From positions 1-16,221 of the forward strand of contig JAAOMT010000267.1 of the NCBI GenBank assembly GCA_016748015.1: a stretch of DNA of 16,221 nt. Reading direction: 5' to 3'. The notes under the pieces are model-generated. The model made no database searches, had not been told where the DNA came from, and saw only the letters and a program-made list of their open reading frames with translations. Made by a program: the position numbers and the translations under genes. The stretch is from Geosiphon pyriformis uo1 (taxonomy: Eukaryota; Fungi; Glomeromycota). How positions within the stretch are numbered: the stretch's first letter is position 1; every line of letters begins with the position of its first letter. Of this stretch, positions 7,984 through 16,221 are shown piece after piece.

Positions 7984-9607
7984 TTATATCTTTTAAAATT
8001 AATTTAAAACAATATTTAATAATTAATCTGTTTATAATACAAGAATTAAAAAGTATTACAAAAAATTTAATTAGTTATCAATTATTATAATATTCATAAT
8101 ATTAAACAATAAAACATTAAAACAATTATAAATTATTATAGTTCTAAAACAGTCATATTTTTATTTAGCATAAAAAAATATTTTTTGATTAAAACATATA
8201 AAATATTCTTTTTACGTTTTATAAATATTAAATAAAAAACTATTTTGATGCTTTATTTATATTAAAAAACAAATAATAATAAAGAATAAAATTAAAATAT
8301 ATTTTGTTATCAATTTACAAAAAACTATAATAAAAACAAAAAAATTAGCAGTAAAATAAATAAGTATATGATTAAATATATAACTGCTAAAATACTTTTT
8401 TTTTTAATATGCTAAAAAAAGTTTTGTTTATAATAAAAATTTGTTATATAAAAAACAGCTCAAATATTATGGAAAACTTGGTAAAATTATAGAAAATATA
8501 AAGCTTTTAAAAAAAACAACTTCAAAAATTCAGATGAAAATTTTAAGCTTTATATATTTAAATATTCTAAGAATTTTGATTATTGTAAAAATAATTAAAA
8601 TACTTTTATAAAAGTATGGTTTCTTAAATTTAAATTAATATTGTTATAGTTATTATATATTTTGTTAGCCAAAATTTTTATTAAATGGTTTTATTTTACT
8701 AAAACTTAATTTTTTTAGCAAAAATAATGTTATAAGTAAAACTTTTAATTTTCAATTATTCTATTTATTAGCAATAGTAATTTTACATATATTAATTACT
8801 AATGTATATTAGCTATCTTATTTTTGAAATTAATTATTAATATAATTATTAACTTAATAATAACTTAATTATAAATTTAATTATTAACCAAATTATTAAT
8901 TTTTTTTTTAAAATATAAAAGCAAAATTTTTTAAAGTTGTAAAAATTTAATTCAGACAAAAATTTACATTTAAAATAATTTATTTAAGACAAAAGTTAAT
9001 ATATAATATTAATTTTTTTATTTTCTTTTACTTTTTTTTTTATTTGTATAATTATTTGTTTTTGTAAAGTATATTGAATACAAATTTACTAAAAAATACA
9101 ACTAATACTTAATATTAAATTCTAAAAGCAATAATATAAAACATAGAATTACATTAGTGTATATTTTTTTGTTAATAGTATAGACTATCTTTTTATCTTC
9201 AGATTTTTTATTATCTTTTAAAAATAGTAACTGAGATATTTATAAAATTAATTTTACACATTAAATTCTTACTAATTCAATTCACTTATTAAAATCAAAT
9301 TATTTTTTGATTATTTTTTTATTATATAATATTGTTTTTTTTGCTATCTATTAGCATATTATATCTAATATTATCTTTAAATTTATGAAAGTTTTTAATA
9401 AAACAGTTTTTAAGATTAGCATTTTACATAAAAATTATATTTGGTAAAAACTTTTGGATGTTAATATTATTACAAGTATTAAAGTTTAGATTATTTGGCT
9501 TCTGTTTGTAAAGCTGTTATTGCTGTTTTTTTAACAAAATTTTAAGTTTTCTATTGTATTTAAGATTTTGTTGATTAACTTATTGATTTGATGCTTTATG
9601 TTAAAAT

Positions 9608-9951
9608 TAGAACTTCAAAAGAGTTAAGTTAACTCTCTTTAACTCAGTATCTGACTCATAAGAGTCAAGTTTGAATTATAAATATTCTGATTCGACTTAT
9701 TGAGTCTTATATATAAGTAAATAAAATCTCAATTTAGCTTTTTTTAACTTGAAAAATAATAAATGATCAGTTATTATTTTTCTATTAGTTGAGAGTAAAA
9801 ATTTTACCAATAAATTTCTACACATGACAAATAATAAGTTGAATTGGATTATAGACTACTAAACTTGACTCGATTTCTTAAAATGAAAATTTTCTGAGTT
9901 GAATTTAAGTCAGACCAAGATTTAACATGATTCGACTTGTAAAAAGCCCTA
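9608..9951. mobile_element. Non-autonomous hAT-type element (MITE), 344 bp
   Basis: The left end tagaacttcaaaagagttaagtta aligns with the reverse complement of the right end, tagggctttttacaagtcgaatca (13/24, mismatches mostly transitions). It is flanked by a near-perfect 8-bp TSD, GTTAAAAT (9600-9607) / GTTAAAGT (9952-9959), and contains many internal GAGTC/GACTC-like motifs. Confidence 0.78.
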
Positions 9952-12383
9952 GTTAAAGTTGTTGCTCTTTTAAAATTACACAATACTTTTTTGTTAATAA
10001 TTAGATTAATGCTAATTTTAGTCCAGTCAAATTTTGTTATAAATATTGAAGCCAAATTTGCTTCAAATTAAGAGTAATTTATTTCTTTATTATTGAATTT
10101 CTAAAAAAATATTAGTTTTTAATTATTTTATGTGTTTAACTTTTTATTTCAATTGTTAATTTTTGTTAAGAATTTGCACTTATATTTATGTATATATAAA
10201 TATTTTTGTATAATAAATAATGTTAATCTATCAATTGATTCTACAGTTCAGTAATCGTTATTTTGGGCTTGATAGGTTTGGAATTATCTTAAAATAACTT
10301 TTTTTACCTTCACTCAAAATAAGAAATTGATTGTAAATTTCTTAAAGATAAGTTGTAATGAAAAGATAATCGTTTTTGCTCAGCACATAATACAATTGAA
10401 CTAGATTAAACATGATTTCAAGTTTCTGGTATAATCAAATAAAAATAAAAATATAATATTTGAAACTACTATAAGTTTTTTAATGAATCCTTATTTGATA
10501 AAAACAAAATACAAAATTGTGTTTTTTTAAATATTAATTGAGATTTGTGAGCCAAGAGTTTTCGAAGGCTCTGGTTTTTAATAAAAAGAAATTTTATTAC
10601 ATTTGTAAACGTTCTTTAAATTTTTTTTGCAGATTCTGAACTTGTCTAATCGAGCTAAAAATATTGAAAGCAGGTTTGTATCTTTTTAAAAAAAAATCCG
10701 AGTTGTTAACTTCTACTTACCTTTTTCAATATTTTTTATTCCCAATTTAATAAGAGAATCTAAATTTTTTTTATACCCAAACCAATGGTACTTAATTACT
10801 TTTTTCTCTCTTTTCAACTTTTCCCTTTTCTCTTATATAAGCAAAATAAAATTCTGAAATTTTATTTATTTATTTATTGAATATAAAATTTTTTATATGT
10901 ATATTTTTTTCATTCATTCTCCTTCTTCTTTAAATTTTACTTCTTTCATTTTAAATAAAATTTAGAATAATTCTTTTATCTAATAATTAAAAGCAAAAAT
11001 GTCACATCTTTAAAAAATTATTAGAACCAATATATCATTGAATATGACTGATAATTAATTGTGTTCTAATTTCAAGAGTGAAATAAAGTGTTATTAACAT
11101 ATTATTTTTTTGCCTATTTCACTTTTAAAACTTTTTTTTTTAAACATAATAAAAATTTTTTGGCTTTAATGTTTTTTATTGCTGTTCAAATTTTAAACAA
11201 GTTTGGACTTATTTTACAGATTGAACATTTTTATTGTTAATTTAACAATATACAAATTAATAAACATTAAGAATAGAATTTGAATAAAAAAAATAATTGA
11301 TATTGAACACGAATAGTAATAATTTAACAATTATTTTTTTTTATATAAAAAATAAAATGTGTAATAATAAAATTTAAATTTGATATGAAAAATACATTAA
11401 TATATATATAATATTTTTTTTTGTAATTAACAAATCAAAATTCTATTAATTATATTATTAAAAAAAAAATTTTTTAATATATTAATAAAAATTTTATACT
11501 TGAATTTCTATTTAAACAATATTCATATACTAATCAAGATTTTGTTATACTTAAAAAAATTTTGACTTATAATAAAAAATTTTAAAGCAATTTTCCAATT
11601 TTCCAAGCTTTTTTTAGAAAACAAATAAAATGTTTTAAAAAACTTTAAACTTTACAAAATTATAAACATTTTATTAAAAAAATTACAATTAACAAATAAC
11701 ATAATATGCATCTATTAATTTAATACCATTATCAATATTTGTATAAAATTCAAGTGGCTTTTGTTCAAAATATATTTAAATTATTAATATTTTAACTTCT
11801 TATCTCACGATTTCAGTAGCTTATTGAAAAGTCATAATTTCTAATGTTAGAATTTTTACAAATTTTAGCAGCAAAATCTCATATTTTGCCAGTGATCCAG
11901 TTAAAGACAAAATGATGCTATTTTTTCCGCTAAAACCGACATCTTTTTGGTGGCTCATATGTTTTTTTTGCATGGAATATTTTATATACACTATTCAATT
12001 TTTTGCTTTTTTTTTTAGATCTATTTAAATTGATCAAATTTATATAACCCTTGTTTATTCAAATAAAAAATTGTTAATAACATTAATTTCAAATTTCTTA
12101 AAAAATATGAAAAATATTGCAATATTGTTTTCTTTAATTCAGCACTTAATTCAAAAATAGATATCTGTGAAACACTTTATAAACCTTTCAGTTTTTAAGA
12201 TTGGTCATATACTTTAAAATCTGCTACTTCTAAGTGGATATTTGGATTTGTATTATTATTATTATTATTAGCATTATTATAGATTGTGTTATATTTTAAT
12301 AATGCTTTACTTTAAAAAAATGATCCTTATTAAATGGTAGTTCTCTGTTGCAACAGCGTTAAAAAAGGCTAGTTCTTTGCATT

Positions 12384-13115
12384 CAATCGATTAGATGGTG
12401 AATTCAATTTTTCTAGAAAATGATTTTTAGGTTAGAATTATTAAGCTGAAGAATCTTATAAAAAAAGAAATTTATTAATAAACTCTTAAAACTACTTTCT
12501 GCAGCGATGAATATGGCATTGATTCTACTTACTATTTATACGATAAACAATTGTGCTATGCTTCTATCCCGTTGCCATTTTGTGCACTCACTCACTCCTA
12601 GCCTTTATAAAATCTGCTATTCTATTGGGCATGGATTCAACAAGTTTATAAAGACTTGGATTTCGACATTATTTCAAATTTTTTGAAATTTTTTTCTAGA
12701 AATCTTTCTTGCTATGAAATTGCTTAAATAGAATCTTAATATTTTTGTCTCAAAACTACTTGGTAAGTTTTGTATTTGAAAAATCATGTCTTGTGTACTC
12801 AAACCAAACTGGCTATAATAATTTTTTTTATTACAAAAGGCACTTATATATATTTATCTAAGATCTATATACAACTAAAGAAAAAATTCCCTTGAATCAT
12901 TTGTATAAAGACAATCTGAAATGTATGACCATCTGATTGTTAATAATCGATAATTGTCTTAAATTCTCAGGTGGCATGGGAAGCCACTAGATAAATGACC
13001 ATTTTAATTTTCCTACATCCAATCGATTAGATATAAAATTCGATTGTTCTAATTATTAAGCAGAAAAAATCTTGTGCATTTAAAAAAAAATTTTTTAAAA
13101 CCTAGTTTCTGCAGC
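12384..13115 (+). repeat. Diverged non-coding duplication (12384-12505 vs 13020-13115)
   Basis: Both copies carry the colinear blocks CAATCGATTAGAT ... AATTC.ATT.TTCTA ... AATTATTAAGC.GAA.AATCTT ... TTTCTGCAGC. The second copy lacks about 25 bp internally. Confidence 0.82.
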
Positions 13116-13341
13116 TCTTATTGTTTGAGTTAGAAGTATATTCAATTTCTTCCCAGACAATCTCTATCCAATGAGAAAACTAACCTTATAAAATAAGCGT
13201 CTCTTTCTGGCGTTTTAAGGCCTAGCCTTTTCGGAAGTGTAATTTAAAAAATATATATAGATTAAAATCTTTATTTATTAGTCCAAATGAACTCCAGGAA
13301 TTCATCTTTTAACATACAGAATATTCTGTAATTTAAAGACC

Positions 13342-14852
13342 ATGATTTTAACATTATCAATTGAAAATACAACTTCATCTTTCGACTGGCTTGAAGAAGT
13401 ATTCATTGTCATCAAAGAAAGTTGTCAAAAAAATATTTTTTCACAAGTTGCAGATTTAGTGAAAAAATATCTTGAGCACAATAAGAAAATGCTCAATAAA
13501 CTATACCTTGCTTGGCTTTTCCATAGAACATGGGATTGGAACTATTCCCGATTCAATAAAAGCATTTTCAGAATTTCAAAACAGCAGAGGCGGGTAATAC
13601 AGATGCACAATACAATCTTGGACTTTGTTATGGTAATGGGTGAGGACCAACAAAAAATTCAGAAAAAGCATTTGAACCATATTCAAAAGCAGCAGAGGGG
13701 GGTAATACAAATGCACACATCAATCTTAGGAGCTATTATTTAAATAGAGAAGGGACGACGAGAAATGAGGAAAGGCGTTTGAACTCTATTAAAAAGCAGC
13801 AGAGGCGTGTAATACAAATTCACAACTATATCTCGCATTTTGTTATGAAAATGGAAGGGGAACGACAAAACATGAGGAAAAAACATTTGAACTCTATTCA
13901 AAAGCAGCAGGGGTGGGAAATTTAGTTGTAAAATACAGACTTAGTGCATATTATCGAAATAGACTAAAAATAAAAAAAGACTTGGAAAAAGTGGGCAATC
14001 CAAGTCCATAAACTGATATTGGAACGTATCATCCAAATGGCTGGGAAATAAGGAAAAATTAGGAAAAAACATTTGAACTTTATTTCAAAACAGCAGAACC
14101 GAAAAATACGAGTTCACAATACAACCTTTGGATGGTTTTATCAAAATGAATGGGGAACAACAAAAGATCTAACAAAATCATTTGAGCTCTATTTAAAAGC
14201 AGACCCAAGCAAGATAAGTTACCAGAGTGATTTTCCTGATTTGAATGACCATAAACCCACTTTAAAGAATCAAGATTACCTGGAGCATTCCATTTTGCAA
14301 TTCCAAAAGCGAGTTTTTAGATGTTTAGATATTTTCAAAGGAGAATTTTTAGATCTTAAAGCTTTCTTTAACCAGCTTTCAAATGAATTCATGTGTCTTA
14401 AATGTGGCAATTTGTGTATAATTATTAGTGGATCTCCTATATGTCCATTTTGCGATACTAATGAAAGTGACAATATCTTTGAAGCGGGGTTGCCTAAATG
14501 TCCAGAATATTATAGAACATTAAAGGAACCCTTTTGGTGTCTATCTTGTGAATATTCACGATATTCAAAAGTTTGGGAACATGGAATAGTCATTAATAAG
14601 TATATAGATTATACACAGAACATTTCTGAAAGCGGCAGAGGCTACCTGGAATGGATTTCTCCCGACGAGATCAAGTCTTTAGATAAGGTGGGAGAGGGAG
14701 GATTTGGTATTGTTAAAGAATGTAGATGGACAAGAGGCAAAACTCTATTTTGGGATAAGAAAAATCAAAAGCATGGACGAAGAGGAGTGACAAAAGTTGC
14801 GTTGAAATGTCTTAAAGACAGCCAAACTATAAAATATATTAATTCAGATGAG
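13342..14852 (+). pseudogene. SEL1-repeat + Cys-rich Zn-finger-like + TKL protein kinase N-lobe, frameshifted
   Basis: Across shifting frames it reads YTLLGFSIEHGIGTIPDSIKAF, AEAGNTDAQYNLGLCYGNG*GPTKNSEKAF, AAEACNTNSQLYLAFCYENGRGTTKHEEKTFELYSKAA and GWFYQNEWGTTKDLTKSFELYLKA (SEL1 units). These are followed by CLKC..CPFC, KCPE..WCLSC, LEWI, VGEGGFGIV and VALKCL. The exon probably ends at the donor GAG|GTATTT (14852/14853). The start is uncertain and may be near the ATG at 13287. Confidence 0.88.
13500..14200 (+). repeat. SEL1-like repeat array, ~6-7 units of ~108 bp
   Basis: Recurrent catttgaactctatt.aaaagcagcagag-like segments near 13560, 13669, 13776, 13885, 14070 and 14179. One unit near 13980-14000 carries an internal deletion. 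Confidence 0.85.
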
Positions 14853-16221
14853 GTATTTTCTTTTAAGAAAGTTATTTTTGCTATTCTAATATCTTGTATC
14901 AATACTAGAAAAACGAATTGGGATAGTTTTTTGCTCACTTAATAAAAGAGCTTCTTTGGATTTTCAAATTCAAAAAAAAAGTTGAATCGCATTTCCGAAG
15001 CTCGTTTTACTTTGGGTTTCTTGTATTCTTTAATTACTGAAATATCCATATAAGCAGTCATTATTAAAAGTCATCTTGACCTTCATTTTCTATTCAAACC
15101 CTCAAAACAATCTTCAATTTAATTTCGATTGAAAATTAAAATGTAAAAAATCCTCCCAGAACTTCAAAAATTTGAAATCTGAAGATTAAAGGAACAAAAT
15201 ATATCAAAATTTTGTAAATCGAAAGAAGGTTTCTAGTGGTTGAAATATTTATTTCCACAATCAACAAGGCTTTGAATATACATCCATTGATAAGAATTCT
15301 GCAAGCCAGAAAAAACTGACATTAAAATTGCAGAAAAATTTTTTTTAAATTAATAGTCCCATGGGATATAATATTTTTTATTCAAGAATTAAAGTATTGC
15401 ATTTCATTGTAAAAGTAGTCTTGAAGTGAGTTATGTTATTTTATGCTAATAGCTCCTACTTTCTTTGTGATATTTTAATTTTATATATCTCAAAAAAAAC
15501 GTTCATAAAAATAGAAAGTTTCATTTGAATATTGTTATTTAACTAAAATGTATGATTATTTTAAGATGGAAATTAAAGCAACTATGAAGCCTTAAAACGC
15601 TTAAAGGGTCAATTGTCTTTAACAATTCGAGTTGAATTACATTTGATCATAAAACTAAAAAATCTTAACCAGCAGGCTGGAAATATTGACTTAAAAATTT
15701 TTTCAACAAATTATGAATTATTATACTCTATATCATATTCATTGTAAATAATATTTGGCAAGATAATTAATTTCTACTTTTAAATATTCAAGAATATATA
15801 AAGAATCAACATTTCTTTTTTTTAATCGGTATTTTTTTTCAATGAACTTGGTTTTTTCAGTGTTCCAATATCCAAAAAAGCTAAAAAAATCTTGTGGGGG
15901 TAATATTATTAATCTCATCAACAAAAATGAATATTCAGATATTCTTTTAACCAAATGAGAAATTCATGCTTGATCAAATCAAATCAAATCAAATATTCTA
16001 ATATAATTATTTTCAACTAGATCATTATTATCGAAATAATTTTATCTATTATATTATAATATTTTTGACGAAGCCTTTTGTGAACTCAATAATTCTAAAA
16101 TTTTATTCTATTACTTGACTTTACAGTGCCTTGATTTGGTTCCGTATTCATCAACCACATGTTGACCGATTTAAAACCAAAAAAAAACAAATAATCTCAA
16201 ATTTAGTTAATTTTCTATTTC

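Noticed and set aside
9849-10055. 68-aa minus-strand ORF
   Set aside because: It straddles the MITE boundary and AT-rich flank, has a non-ATG start and shows no motif.
8000-12100. AT-rich tract as centromere, origin or organellar insertion
   Set aside because: No periodicity, tRNA/rRNA or organellar gene remnants could be seen by eye. Composition alone is insufficient evidence.
14276-14473. 65-aa minus-strand ORF
   Set aside because: It is antisense to the Zn-finger/kinase exon.
15739-15954. 71-aa minus-strand ORF
   Set aside because: Low-complexity AT-rich translation with no recognisable domain.
15974-15994. (TCAAA)4 microsatellite
   Set aside because: Short ordinary simple repeat with no evident significance.

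Overview
This is the left end of a very AT-rich eukaryotic chromosome, most likely from a Glomeromycota-type fungus. The gene families fit that group, and from recall the retroelement resembles those of Geosiphon/Archaeosporales; this was not searched. The window opens with a 65-unit telomere array mixing CCCTAA (31), CCCTAT (about 29) and in-phase AAATAT (4) hexamers. The array is fused with essentially no spacer to a 5'-truncated non-LTR retrotransposon (RNase H, then a zinc knuckle, then AATAAA/poly(A)) whose tail points toward the centromere. Behind it is a subtelomeric region of decayed elements: a 20-bp-periodic motif array; a coiled-coil + PD-(D/E)xK nuclease + kinase pseudogene and a P-loop NTPase pseudogene (both Crinkler-type, apparently sharing an intron segment); a probable transposase scrap; a minus-strand TKL kinase tail with a 45-bp coding minisatellite; a 344-bp hAT-type MITE with an 8-bp TSD; duplicated non-coding modules; and a frameshifted SEL1-repeat/Zn-finger/TKL-kinase gene. 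No intact protein-coding gene is evident. The distal ~10 kb shows heavy C>T/G>A decay, including in non-CpG contexts.
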